DNA of 64,000 nt from Candidatus Thorarchaeota archaeon (GCA_003345545.1 PRDH01000044.1:125793-189792), one strand, 5' to 3'; shown: positions 28,601 through 38,337, numbered from the stretch's first letter. The notes: generated from the sequence alone by a model not told the origin. A program made the numbers and translations.

Positions 28601-29683
28601 TCAGGTATGAGTCTGCAGGGAGATATCCTCATGTTCAAGTACATGGAGCCATAGCAATCTGCAGTCACAGGCAAGACTCTCGAGTGACCTTACATCTTGG
28701 TCTAGAGAGAATCTACGAATTGCATCCAGAATTGGCGCGTCACACTTCCCACAGTTGTGCGCGCCTCTGCTTTTTCCTGCAGCTACTGGGTCACAGACAA
28801 TATTGATTGTTCCCTCTGCAATCCTATGTGCATGACGCAAGACCTCGACCACACTCCACAACCATGGTGGTCTGAACTTCCCCTTTTCCCATAGGTCTTC
28901 AACAAGGGTGCTCCGCTGCACATTCACAGGATTCAGGGAGATTGTTGACACTCCGAGAGCCAAGGCATCGTTTATCGTGTTCTGAGCATCAAGAAGGGCT
29001 GACCTCTCAGTCAGGAATGGAGGTTTCAACAGAACATATGCGCGCGTTCCGATGCCGTATCGCTTGGCGGTGTTTACAGAGTCAGCGAATGAGCGGAAGT
29101 TGAAGTTCTTGTTGATACAGACAGACCTCACAATATCGCTACTGCTCTCCAGGCCTATACCAAGCTCTACCCGACGGTCTCCAAGGATTCTTCGAACCTC
29201 AGTAAGAACCGAATCTGTCACATACTCCGGTCTTGACTCCAAGACTACCTCCTTGATTCGATCATCATTCGAGATAGACTCTAGCATCTGATTTCGTGTA
29301 GAAGCGGGTATCTCATCTGAGTCCAAGAAACTGCCACTCGTGTATATCTTCACAGAGAGTGGCGCAGTATGTTTATCGAGCTTACTCATTGCTGATTGAA
29401 ACTGAAGGAGAAACTCTTCCTCTGTCGGATTCTTGTCTGTGCCATCCAAGAGGTAGCTGCACATGGTGCACCCACCCTCGCTGCTTCGTGCATGGGCACA
29501 TCCAATGGAGGAAAGCACAATCGAGAGAGCAGTCCCTTGGATTGAACCTATCCGACTAGGTGAAGTCCATGCAGCAGAGGGCCTAGTGAGGCTCTTCGAC
29601 GGCCTCTCAACAATAGACTCACCGCGCGCTCGAATCGACGCCTGCTTCACAGCATTCCGAATCTGCTCAGATAGAGTGTCCAT
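28601..29683 (-). CDS. Radical SAM archaeosine biosynthesis protein RaSEA
   Basis: GC..(x8)..GGCTMC, KIYTSGSFLD, ESRPE, KPPFLTE, RPPWLWS and RGAHNCGKCD; coupled to arcS. Confidence 0.9.
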   Translation of the reverse strand: MDTLSEQIRNAVKQASIRARGESIVERPSKSLTRPSAAWTSPSRIGSIQGTALSIVLSSIGCAHARSSEGGCTMCSYLLDGTDKNPTEEEFLLQFQSAMSKLDKHTAPLSVKIYTSGSFLDSDEIPASTRNQMLESISNDDRIKEVVLESRPEYVTDSVLTEVRRILGDRRVELGIGLESSSDIVRSVCINKNFNFRSFADSVNTAKRYGIGTRAYVLLKPPFLTERSALLDAQNTINDALALGVSTISLNPVNVQRSTLVEDLWEKGKFRPPWLWSVVEVLRHAHRIAEGTINIVCDPVAAGKSRGAHNCGKCDAPILDAIRRFSLDQDVRSLESLACDCRLLWLHVLEHEDISLQTHT

Positions 29684-31626
29684 TAGCCGCCCTCCTCTTT
29701 GTGTCGTACACTCACGGCGCGACCACGCTCCAGTTCAGACATCTCTCTACCGGACATCTCACTCCGACCAACAGCGGTCACCTCATCATGACTGTTGATC
29801 ACAATGACCTCGTCTCCCGGTCGAATAGATTGGTCTGCGTCTCTAACACCGACGGCAAAGATGGATCCGCCCTTGACAGATGGAGCGTCCAGGTGAACCC
29901 AGTAGCGATTCAGTGGTGCTAGGCGTCTTGCGCCACCAAGTGTCAATGATAACAGACCCGTATCAGCCACGTAAGAACAGACCTGCTCCTTCTGGACTTG
30001 ACACAGTATTTGCCTGTAGGGCTTTCCCATGAGCTTGGCGCCTTCAGGGACCAAGGCATCACCAGCTCCTGGGCCAAACTGAAAGTCAGCAGTCGCCCGC
30101 ACAATCTCCTCCAGCTCCTGCGGGCGTGAGCTCCTGATGGGCAAGATGCTCTTCAGATCAACCAAGGTCTCTTGCAGAGACTCCCGAGACTCCCAGCTTG
30201 TAGGTGAGGCTTCCGGACTAGTATAGATTATGCTCTGAGCTATTCTGTGCTCTGCAGTCTTCACAATACCAAGATAGCCGCCTGAAACATGAGCAACCAC
30301 AACAACGTCCGAATCGAACTTCTCAAGATGCGTAGCAAGGGCTTCGGCTGCTAGGTTCGTTTCCTCTGTATCCCATTCACCAGTGACAGGAATATCATAG
30401 TTTGCGGCAGGGTATATGCGCTCCAGTTCACGGGGTACTAGTCCAAGCGGTGATGTCAGGATTATCTGTGCAATCTGGGACGTTGCGCCACTCAACGACG
30501 CTTCTATGGTTTCCAGGAAGCGCTTATGAGACTTTGAGTCAGAGTATGGTTTTCGAGCAGAACAAGGCAGTAGCAGAGCTACCTTCTTGCCACTAGGCGG
30601 ACGATATCGATTGGCTATGTACTCCCTGAATCTCCTGACTGCAGGAGCATTATAGGACTCAGGGCCAATAAGAGGAACAACTGGGGCTCCGCTTGAAGGG
30701 GTGAATTCCTCCACGAACGAGTAGGCCTGCCTGTCAACTCTGCGAAGAATCGATGCGTGAGCTGGACTATAGTGAGTAGTGGATTCGACGAGCCAGCGAA
30801 GACGCCCCGAATTCATGGCATCAATAGCCTCAGAGAGCACGGAGGCATACACGTTCACATTATGCTGCAGAAGGACATCCGTCACCTCAGAGGGACCGAT
30901 GTCCTCAAGATGCTGACAGCTTGTGCAGGCGCAATACCTATGATGCTCGTCAGCACGAATTGTTTCAGCTCCATTGTGCCAGAGACGCTGGTGTTTTGCT
31001 GCAGCCTCTTGAGCGTGGCCTATGTCAATCAGATCAAAGCCCATGTAGTAGAGAAGTGGTATCGTGCCGGGCGCTATCCTGCCGAGCGCAACAGCCAGCC
31101 AAGATAAGGGCAGATGGCTACGTGAGAGCAGAGCATTGAGGTCCGAGTTTCCTAGCATTCCATCAAAGGTAAAGGCACCTGCTCGAACGCCTCGCGAGTG
31201 AGAGTCCTTCAGGTAAGAGGCAAGCGCTTCTGGCCCGATTTCCTCAGGGACACGTAGAATGACACGTGAAGGAGCGATATGAGAACGAATCTCATCAATT
31301 ACGCTCAACTGATGTTTCAGCATGAGAACTCCAGCATCATCTCCGAGAGCAGAGAACGCGGGCAGTGAAGGAAGAAGTAGTGAGTCTGAGTCCCCTACTT
31401 CTCCCTTGAGGGCATCTAGGGATGTTTCAAATGGCAGTGCTAGTAGGTGAGGCTCTGAAGAGTGCGACATGGCTCTTCCAATCGTCTTGTACGGTAGAAA
31501 GCGGTCATCCGACAGGCATGCACTGGTGAGGGCAGGGGTTTCGTAGACTTGAGTTCCCATGATGTATTCTCCAATTCTAGCTGGACCATCGTGTCCGCGA
31601 CCAATTCTGAACTCGGTCAACTTCAT
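29683..31626 (-). CDS. arcS: Archaeosine synthase subunit ArcS (TgtA2) with PUA domain
   Basis: DGPARIG, LLPCSARKPYS.SKSH, TSPLGLVPRELE..YPAA.YDIPVTG.W and a C-terminal PUA domain. Confidence 0.9.
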   Translation of the reverse strand: MKLTEFRIGRGHDGPARIGEYIMGTQVYETPALTSACLSDDRFLPYKTIGRAMSHSSEPHLLALPFETSLDALKGEVGDSDSLLLPSLPAFSALGDDAGVLMLKHQLSVIDEIRSHIAPSRVILRVPEEIGPEALASYLKDSHSRGVRAGAFTFDGMLGNSDLNALLSRSHLPLSWLAVALGRIAPGTIPLLYYMGFDLIDIGHAQEAAAKHQRLWHNGAETIRADEHHRYCACTSCQHLEDIGPSEVTDVLLQHNVNVYASVLSEAIDAMNSGRLRWLVESTTHYSPAHASILRRVDRQAYSFVEEFTPSSGAPVVPLIGPESYNAPAVRRFREYIANRYRPPSGKKVALLLPCSARKPYSDSKSHKRFLETIEASLSGATSQIAQIILTSPLGLVPRELERIYPAANYDIPVTGEWDTEETNLAAEALATHLEKFDSDVVVVAHVSGGYLGIVKTAEHRIAQSIIYTSPEASPTSWESRESLQETLVDLKSILPIRSSRPQELEEIVRATADFQFGPGAGDALVPEGAKLMGKPYRQILCQVQKEQVCSYVADTGLLSLTLGGARRLAPLNRYWVHLDAPSVKGGSIFAVGVRDADQSIRPGDEVIVINSHDEVTAVGRSEMSGREMSELERGRAVSVRHKEEGG

Positions 31627-31636
31627 TCATCTCCTG

Positions 31637-34294
31637 CTATACTAGGGGCTGGTATCCCACGTAACCCTCAGTGTCTACCTTGGTCTCTGCCCTTGACAGT
31701 ATCTTCTCAACGCTCTCAAGAGCTCCTATCTTGAACAGCGGACTGTTATTGTTACCGCAATTGTATGAGTATGTGCACAGAGGACATCCATCGAGGGTGT
31801 TGCAATCGCAGCTCTCTAGTATCCTCTTTGCCCTTCTGAATGCCTCATCTAGTTTTCCAAAGAGGAGTTTTGATGCGCCATTTCCTCCTGGGCTTCCATC
31901 GTAGACAAAGATGATTCCTGAATCGCCCATTGAAACACCACCGATTTCCCGTGTGCCACCTCCTGTAAACATGTTACTAGATTCGATGAGAACGTGTTCG
32001 ACAGCGTGGTAGGTGCCCCCATAGAGTTCAGCAGGTCCCATCACGGCTCTTTCAATGGACGCATACTTTCCTGCGATGTAGTCATTCACTGATTTGCTGG
32101 GCTCAGGTGCAGTAAACGCGAATCCACGTGTCTGATATGTATACAATAGGGGGGTCAGCAGATTCTGCTTGCCAATTATATGCCCACTCCTAGTCTCCTT
32201 TGTCACATAGCCAAACACGGTCTGAGTCATCTCAAGATTGCAGTAGACAGCATCGAGGCCGAGAATCTTGGTCCTCTCGACTATGTCTAGTATCTTGGGC
32301 ATGGTATAGTATAGCGGTTTTGTGTGGGTGCTCCGGTCCCCATGCAACACCACTGTAGCCCTTCCCAACCCAGTCGTGTATTTGAAGTCGACAGACAGGT
32401 AGTTCTTGCCGCCGTGAAGGTAGATTGCTCCTGGGTGCAACTCTTGAGCGGCCATAGGCATCGAACGCTCACCCAGTCCTCTCTTATCAAGACGTATCTG
32501 AACGGTGTCGCCAATCCCTCTTATATTGTAGCTACGCCATGCCTTTCTTGCCCTCTCATCATCAGCAATACGGATTGTTCCGTCCCCAAGTTGCCTGACG
32601 AGACCGTCGTCTGACAGCTTTTGAAGAACCCGATGATGTCTTGAGAACTGAGCTGCATTGAGCCTACCACTCATGGCCGCTGCAATCAATTGATAGTAGC
32701 CGACCACTTCATTCTCGGGTTCTGTGTATGCAGCATCGATATCCGTGAAGTATTTGTCAGGTTCATGCCTGTAGAAGGAGGAGATGGGATCATTTTCACG
32801 GAGTGCAAGGACAGCCACACTCTCCTGTCCTTTTCTACCCGCCCGCCCGATTCGTTGTGTCAGTCGCGTTATTGAGACAATCATGCTCACGACGCTGTTC
32901 AGGTCGCCAATGTCTATCCCCAGTTCAAGGGTAGGTGTTGAAACAATGACTGGTAGCTGCCCGGAACGGAAGCTGTCCTCAACGTTACTTCTGTGTTTCT
33001 TTGAGAGGCCGGCTCTATGAACCATTGATTTCACGCCACTCTCGCCTAGGAGCATGTTCAAGACCTCAGCCTCAGAATGCGTATTTCCGAACACGAGTGT
33101 CTTGAACTGGCCAGACTGTAGCGAGGAGACAATGTCAACAATCATGCCGTACTTGCTTCTCGTCTCAGGATAGTAGATGAGAAAGTGTACAGGACCTCTC
33201 TTGGCGTTCTTTGACTCTATGAGCCTGACCTCTGAGTCAAAGAGAACTTCAGCAAACTCCTTCGGATTGGCTACTGTAGCTGAGGCTCCAATCTTCTGGA
33301 ACTTCCCAGATTCCATTTCGAGCCGCTTCATGATGAAATACACATTTGCTCCCATCGATCCGGTATACAGATGAATCTCATCGAGAACGACAAACTTCAC
33401 GGTTCGAAGAAGAGGCGTCAGGCGCGACTGAGACCACCCAAGGTGATAGTGCAGGACATCGGGGTTGGTCAGCAGGATATCAGGAGGGCTGGCATAGATC
33501 TTGGTTCTGGCATCTTCAGAGATGTCACCATCAAAGAGGGACACTGTAAAACCAGATGCCTTACCAAGTTCCTTGATCTTGTCAAACTGGTCCCTCGCCA
33601 GAGCTTTTGTTGGATAGATGAGAAGTGCTCTCACTCCAGGATTCTTGAATGACTCCTGAACCGAGATGAGAATCTGCCTGATGATGGGTAAGATGAATCC
33701 TTCAGTCTTCCCCTGTGCCGTGGGCGCGACGATGACAACATCCTCACCATTGTTGATGGCATTGTAGGACTCCTCTTGGAACTTGTAGAGAGTGGCAATC
33801 CCTCTGGAGTGCAGAAGCTCCTTGAGTCGTGTGGGTACACTAAGATCATCCGTCTTGATGCCATATTCGGCATCTGTTGAGGGCATGTATTTGTACTTGA
33901 CAAGATAATCGCGACCGGACAGCACAAGTGAGCGTAGTGCCTCAGGAAGGGCATCCAGGGTGCCACCACCTTGTTCTACGATTCTCCTCACCGCCACTTC
34001 AGACTGGACTCTCGTAGAAACGCCTTTCTTGCGGCGTTTCGTCTTGGGAGTATCGGCTCCGCTGCCCAGATACTCTCTCCTCTGCAGGTCAGATTTTGCA
34101 GTGTCATCAGAGAGTCCTTCTCGCTTGATGACCTCGGTATATGCCTCATAGGCATCAAAGAGGTCTTTCCTGCTTCCGTCTACCATGACTTCGACGGCAC
34201 AAGAGGAACACCGTACATACCAGCCCCCTGCCTCTTTCGTGAAGTCAAGACGCGAACCACACTTAGAGCAGTGAAGGACCGGCACAGTACTCAC
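31637..34294 (-). CDS. SF2 DEAH helicase, Hrq1/MrfA (DUF1998) family, with an N-terminal zinc ribbon
   Basis: APTAQGKT, YPTKALARDQ, DEIH, SAT, TLELGIDIG, QRIGRAGR and C-terminal CDC..GCPLC. Confidence 0.9.
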   Translation of the reverse strand: MSTVPVLHCSKCGSRLDFTKEAGGWYVRCSSCAVEVMVDGSRKDLFDAYEAYTEVIKREGLSDDTAKSDLQRREYLGSGADTPKTKRRKKGVSTRVQSEVAVRRIVEQGGGTLDALPEALRSLVLSGRDYLVKYKYMPSTDAEYGIKTDDLSVPTRLKELLHSRGIATLYKFQEESYNAINNGEDVVIVAPTAQGKTEGFILPIIRQILISVQESFKNPGVRALLIYPTKALARDQFDKIKELGKASGFTVSLFDGDISEDARTKIYASPPDILLTNPDVLHYHLGWSQSRLTPLLRTVKFVVLDEIHLYTGSMGANVYFIMKRLEMESGKFQKIGASATVANPKEFAEVLFDSEVRLIESKNAKRGPVHFLIYYPETRSKYGMIVDIVSSLQSGQFKTLVFGNTHSEAEVLNMLLGESGVKSMVHRAGLSKKHRSNVEDSFRSGQLPVIVSTPTLELGIDIGDLNSVVSMIVSITRLTQRIGRAGRKGQESVAVLALRENDPISSFYRHEPDKYFTDIDAAYTEPENEVVGYYQLIAAAMSGRLNAAQFSRHHRVLQKLSDDGLVRQLGDGTIRIADDERARKAWRSYNIRGIGDTVQIRLDKRGLGERSMPMAAQELHPGAIYLHGGKNYLSVDFKYTTGLGRATVVLHGDRSTHTKPLYYTMPKILDIVERTKILGLDAVYCNLEMTQTVFGYVTKETRSGHIIGKQNLLTPLLYTYQTRGFAFTAPEPSKSVNDYIAGKYASIERAVMGPAELYGGTYHAVEHVLIESSNMFTGGGTREIGGVSMGDSGIIFVYDGSPGGNGASKLLFGKLDEAFRRAKRILESCDCNTLDGCPLCTYSYNCGNNNSPLFKIGALESVEKILSRAETKVDTEGYVGYQPLV

Positions 34295-34422
34295 CAGATT
34301 CTATGAGGAGGGGTGCCTATGGCTTATCAAACTTTAGCATAGCTGTAATAGCCTTGACTAAGAATCTCTCCACAAGTTTATGAATTCATAATGCACGACA
34401 CACGTGAGAGAGGAGTACTTTA

Positions 34423-34911
34423 ATGTCCAGTGCATACAAGGCAAACTTACTCACAGCTGCTAGAGCAACTCATCTTGCCAGATTGACTCTTCTTTTGAAT
34501 GGAAGCAGCACCTCTATGGCACCAGTTGTATACTATGGATGGCCCGTTACGGCGTTGTATTTCACATTCTTTCTTATCGATGTGATTCCCTTCTTATTGT
34601 TCTGGTTCTTGAAACCGAACCTGGAACTTGCAGTACGACTTATTGGTATTGCATGGGCAATTCTATTGTTTGCAGTCCTACTCCATATTGGGATGGAAAT
34701 TGGGCTGGCTCTTCTGTTTTTTATTCAGCTAATTGTTCTGGCTTGGCCAAGAATGTATATGACCACTGCGGTGAAGGAAGGGGGTCAGAAAGCCGCGACT
34801 GCATCTAGAATCAAATGTTTCCACTGTGGAGCAACCTATGCATACAACCTCGACACCATTGTGAATGGAGACGTCGTCTGCCAGAACTGTGGAAGGTCGT
34901 TCAGAATCTGA
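34423..34911 (+). CDS. Membrane protein with a C-terminal zinc ribbon
   Basis: Three TM segments followed by CFHCG..CQNCG. Start uncertain. Confidence 0.7.
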   Translation: MSSAYKANLLTAARATHLARLTLLLNGSSTSMAPVVYYGWPVTALYFTFFLIDVIPFLLFWFLKPNLELAVRLIGIAWAILLFAVLLHIGMEIGLALLFFIQLIVLAWPRMYMTTAVKEGGQKAATASRIKCFHCGATYAYNLDTIVNGDVVCQNCGRSFRI

Positions 34912-34991
34912 TTGGCTATAGCGCAATCCTTTTAACGGTTGTGTAAGGAGAACGCACAACCGATTCGCACCAGCGATGGAGTTTGAATATA

Positions 34992-35354
34992 ATGGTAGAA
35001 GACATCAGCTCATCGGAGCTAGATCAAGTAATCGCAAGTAATAGAGTGGTTTTCGTGGACTGTCATGCTGTCTGGTGCGGGCCTTGCAGGACGCTCGGCC
35101 CAATCCTCGAAGAGGTCCATGAAAAGTATCAGGGCAGAGGACTCAAGGTCGTCAAGATAGACGTTGACCATAATCGAGAATTCAGTATGAAGAACCAGAT
35201 AACCGGAGTTCCGAGTGTTTTGATCTATGCCGATGGCAAGAGGGTAGTCTTCGACGATGGCGCTGGCAGAAAGACCGACAAGCTCGTTGGCGTCATGCCA
35301 CCTGAAGTATATGCACAGATAGCAGACGACCTCCTCGCTGAGGAAGCAACATAG
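34992..35354 (+). CDS. trxA: Thioredoxin
   Basis: WCGPC, KIDVD and GVP. Confidence 0.92.
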   Translation: MVEDISSSELDQVIASNRVVFVDCHAVWCGPCRTLGPILEEVHEKYQGRGLKVVKIDVDHNREFSMKNQITGVPSVLIYADGKRVVFDDGAGRKTDKLVGVMPPEVYAQIADDLLAEEAT

Positions 35355-35390
35355 GCGAATTTCTGTGGGTTGACAACAGTTGCAGGAAAC

Positions 35391-35420
35391 TTGGACAAAG
35401 TCGGACAGGTGCTTATATAG
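35391..35420 (+). promoter_or_regulatory. Candidate operator (TTGGACAAAGTCGGACA) plus TATA box (TTATATA)
   Basis: A 10-bp-periodic GGACA repeat just upstream of the TATA box, with an inverted near-copy at 35516-35532. Confidence 0.45.
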
Positions 35421-35433
35421 TCCAGTCTGAAAA

Positions 35434-35596
35434 ACTCCTGTGAGGATAATCTGTCACGAACTCTGTCCTCACGGAGTCCGGCCCAGTGCCGTTCTCTGGG
35501 CGGACAACACTTCGGTGTCCAAGTTTGTCCAACAAACAATGAACGGTACTACGGGGAAGGATTAGTCTTCCCCGTGAGACCTCCTCACTCTTCTTT
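35434..35596 (+). ncRNA. Putative structured non-coding RNA or leader (family not recognised)
   Basis: Consecutive hairpins, a cUUCGg loop, a 10-nt loop-to-downstream complementarity, pairing of the two ends and a terminal pyrimidine tract. Confidence 0.55.
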
Positions 35597-35659
35597 GATT
35601 CACACAATGACAACGTTCAATACCTCGTGAGCGGGAGTCACTATAGGTGTAGGCAGCGT

Positions 35660-36034
35660 TTGGTGAGAGATGTGACCTCCGAAGAAGTGGACGCTGAGAA
35701 GAAGAAGACCAAGCTTCTCTTTGTTGATTGTTGGGCAGAATGGTGCGGACCATGCAAAGCACTCAGTCCAATACTGGATGAGCTAGAAGAAAAGTACAGA
35801 AACAATCAGGATATTCGATTCCTGAAGTTGAACACAGACGAGCACCAAGCATTTGCTATCAGGAACAAAATCAGGGGAATCCCATGTGTGCTCATCTTTT
35901 TCAATGGAGAGCCAGCAAGACTCAAGATAAGGAACAAAGATACGGGAGTCACAACCGTTGTTGATAGGTTGATTGGATTGAGACCTGCAGAGCACTTTGA
36001 GTCTGCTATCGAGTCCCTGCTCAAGGGAAAGTGA
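35660..36034 (+). CDS. Thioredoxin, second tandem paralog
   Basis: DCWAEWCGPC and IRGIP. Start placed at TTG 35660. Confidence 0.9.
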   Translation: MVRDVTSEEVDAEKKKTKLLFVDCWAEWCGPCKALSPILDELEEKYRNNQDIRFLKLNTDEHQAFAIRNKIRGIPCVLIFFNGEPARLKIRNKDTGVTTVVDRLIGLRPAEHFESAIESLLKGK

Positions 36035-36101
36035 CCGTTCCATTGAGCATATGATGTTTTATTAGATATCAAAACCTGTATGCGTCAGTTCAAGTGAAGA
36101 G

Positions 36102-36635
36102 GTGTCAGAAGTGCCAGTACTACCCTTTGGAAAGAACAATCCAAGAATAGATTCGAAGGCATACGTGAGTGTCCAGGCAACAATCGTTGGCGATGTTGAA
36201 GTAGGACCTAGAGCAAGCGTGTGGCCAGGCGCAGTAGTTCGCGGAGACCTTGCTTCAGTGAAAATCGGCGAGAACACATGCATTCAGGACAGTGCCGTGA
36301 TTCATGCGCACAGTGAACATAATCCTGCAATGATCGGCAACAACGTGATTGTTAGCACGGCCGCAGTACTTCATGGCGTATATATTGGTGATAGCGTCTA
36401 TATCGGAGAGGGGTGCGTTATCTTCGACGGCGCCACACTAGGAGAAGGAGTAGTGCTGACACCGGGAAGCATTATTCCTGCCAATGTTGTGATTGCGCCG
36501 CGTACTCTCAACTCAGGAGTTCCAGCAGCTCAGATTCGCGAGATCTCAAGAGAAGAAGTGGATAAGCACGTGACGAGGGCAGAGGCAATGGCCCAAGTCT
36601 TCCAGAAACTGAAGCACTGGCAGCAGAGTGCATGA
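36102..36635 (+). CDS. Gamma-carbonic anhydrase/CaiE-like left-handed beta-helix protein, one Zn ligand missing
   Basis: IVGDVEVG..ASVWPGAVVRGD and IQDSAVIH; the usual GHxAxLHG reads STAAVLHG. Confidence 0.85.
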   Translation: MSEVPVLPFGKNNPRIDSKAYVSVQATIVGDVEVGPRASVWPGAVVRGDLASVKIGENTCIQDSAVIHAHSEHNPAMIGNNVIVSTAAVLHGVYIGDSVYIGEGCVIFDGATLGEGVVLTPGSIIPANVVIAPRTLNSGVPAAQIREISREEVDKHVTRAEAMAQVFQKLKHWQQSA

Positions 36636-37763
36636 TCACATGGTTTCCCTAGCCAAGGTCCCCAAGTCCTCTACGCCGTCATGAGTCACGAGGACAACAT
36701 CTGCCACCTTGGCAGATCCCGCTTCAGGTAGATAACCCGTGGGATGAAGTGTGAAGGTCATACCCTCTCTCAGGGAGTACTGGCTCTCCGGGGAGATATA
36801 GGGCGGCTCATGAAGGTCTAGCCCAATGGAGCTTCCAAGTGGTTGCACAAAGGTACCATGAGGGATGCCTCTCCCTGATTTCTTCAGTACCTGGGCAGCA
36901 ACATCTTCAAGACTCACCTCTGGCTTCATCACTTTCTCTGCCGTCTTGATGGCGTTCAGAACGGACTCATAGAGTGCCCTCTGTCTGCTGCTTGGAGTCC
37001 CCAGATGGATTGTTCGTGCGACCTCTGCGAAGTATCCTGAGTGACTCACAGTGATATCCAAGACCACGAAGTCCTCTTTCCTGATACGATCCGGACCAGG
37101 CTGCGATAGTGGAAAACGGGCATGAGTTCCTGAAAGAACAGCAGCTTGTATTCCCCGCTGTTGACCTCCTGCTCCTCTCATTGCCGCTTCTATTTCTAGG
37201 GAGGCTTCATCTTCAGACTTACCTGGGGCTACAATCTCCAAAGCGGTGCGAACGCCTATCTCAGCCACATTCACGGCCTGGCGAATCGCATCGATTTCAG
37301 CGGGATCCTTTATGTGTCGCAACTTCCACAGGGACTGCGAGAAATCCCGAAATCCAGCCTCAGGAAGACTGGTCTTGATCTTCTCAAACTCTCTTACAGA
37401 CAGCCATTCATGTTGAAGGCCTATCATTCCTTTTGCCCAACCTATTTCATTCAGGACATGCAGTGCTTCATCCCAGAAGGCGTTGCCATGGGCTCGAAAC
37501 CAGTCTTCAGAGGCATCTGTGTTGAAAGAATGAAATGTGCCTATAATAGGCTCGCCAACTGCAGCGGCCTGAAGAGTGTCTGAGAGAATGAGGTGTGGCT
37601 GACTGCCTTCAGCGATTACGCAGCCAATGGGCAAGTTTTGGCCTCTGCTTTGAAAGCCAGTCAAGTACTGCACGTCTTGCCTTCTAGTGACTACCAAGGC
37701 ATCAATCTCATCACGTCGCATGGCTCGATACACTCGGTCCAATCGCTGTGGTGTATGCTGCAT
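36636..37763 (-). CDS. Xaa-Pro peptidase (M24/creatinase-fold) homolog, catalytic ligands degenerate
   Basis: Creatinase_N-type QYLTGF, LRHIKDPAEI and GLDLHEPP are present, but the metal-ligand positions are altered. Confidence 0.85.
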   Translation of the reverse strand: MQHTPQRLDRVYRAMRRDEIDALVVTRRQDVQYLTGFQSRGQNLPIGCVIAEGSQPHLILSDTLQAAAVGEPIIGTFHSFNTDASEDWFRAHGNAFWDEALHVLNEIGWAKGMIGLQHEWLSVREFEKIKTSLPEAGFRDFSQSLWKLRHIKDPAEIDAIRQAVNVAEIGVRTALEIVAPGKSEDEASLEIEAAMRGAGGQQRGIQAAVLSGTHARFPLSQPGPDRIRKEDFVVLDITVSHSGYFAEVARTIHLGTPSSRQRALYESVLNAIKTAEKVMKPEVSLEDVAAQVLKKSGRGIPHGTFVQPLGSSIGLDLHEPPYISPESQYSLREGMTFTLHPTGYLPEAGSAKVADVVLVTHDGVEDLGTLARETM

Positions 37764-37889
37764 CTAGTCTGCATCACTCTTAGCAGGTTACAGAGCCAGG
37801 TGAGCTGTTCTGCTTGCCCTCTGCCGGTCTTGTTACAGCATTTAAGCTTCGTGTCGAGGATTACAGAAGGACTGACCGAGGAAAAGCAG

Positions 37890-37967
37890 TGGCGGGACCG
37901 CCCGGATTCGAACCGGGGACTACCAACTCCGCAGGCTGGCGCCTTATCCAGGCTAGACTACGGCCCC
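37890..37967 (-). tRNA. tRNA-Arg (anticodon GCG), CCA encoded, no intron
   Basis: The reverse complement GGGGCCGTAGTCTAGCCTGGATAAGGCGCCAGCCTGCGGAGTTGGTAGTCCCCGGTTCGAATCCGGGCGGTCCCGCCA folds as a cloverleaf. Confidence 0.96.
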
Positions 37968-38055
37968 ATCTTAGGGGAGGCAGAAGTCGACTCATAAAGT
38001 CTTCGCTGCAAAATCGAGCGCCGGGGCTACAGAGTATCCTGCAGCTGGAGAGAAC

Positions 38056-38262
38056 TCAAACGAGGGGTAACTTCATCACCGTAACAATGGCATGTCCTCT
38101 TCGCTTTGTTACCCTAAGAGTGTGCTCAGCGGTCTGGAGCACAAAATTCTCTCCTTCATCCAAGTTTTGGAGAACACTTTTCCCCAAAGGGCCGTTCAGG
38201 TATTTTGTGAAACGAGTCACTACTTTCTCTTCGTCTGTGACTTGGTTTCCGACTGTGGTCAT
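38056..38262 (-). CDS. Small hypothetical protein between the two tRNAs
   Basis: 68-codon ORF with protein-like composition and an upstream TTTATAT box. Confidence 0.6.
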   Translation of the reverse strand: MTTVGNQVTDEEKVVTRFTKYLNGPLGKSVLQNLDEGENFVLQTAEHTLRVTKRRGHAIVTVMKLPLV

Positions 38263-38337
38263 GATTCGAACCTCAATTCGTAATCCAGTGCCAGAAAGAC
38301 GCATATAAAGTCCGATTTTCTTGTGCGAAGAATGAAG

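Noticed and set aside
35455-35510. HDV-like ribozyme suggested by UCCUCAC
   Set aside because: The required P1 partner strand, a proper P3 and the L3 G are missing.
37814-38308. ORFs of 134-164 aa spanning the tRNA region
   Set aside because: They are antisense to a tRNA and to a more plausible small gene, so they are shadow ORFs.
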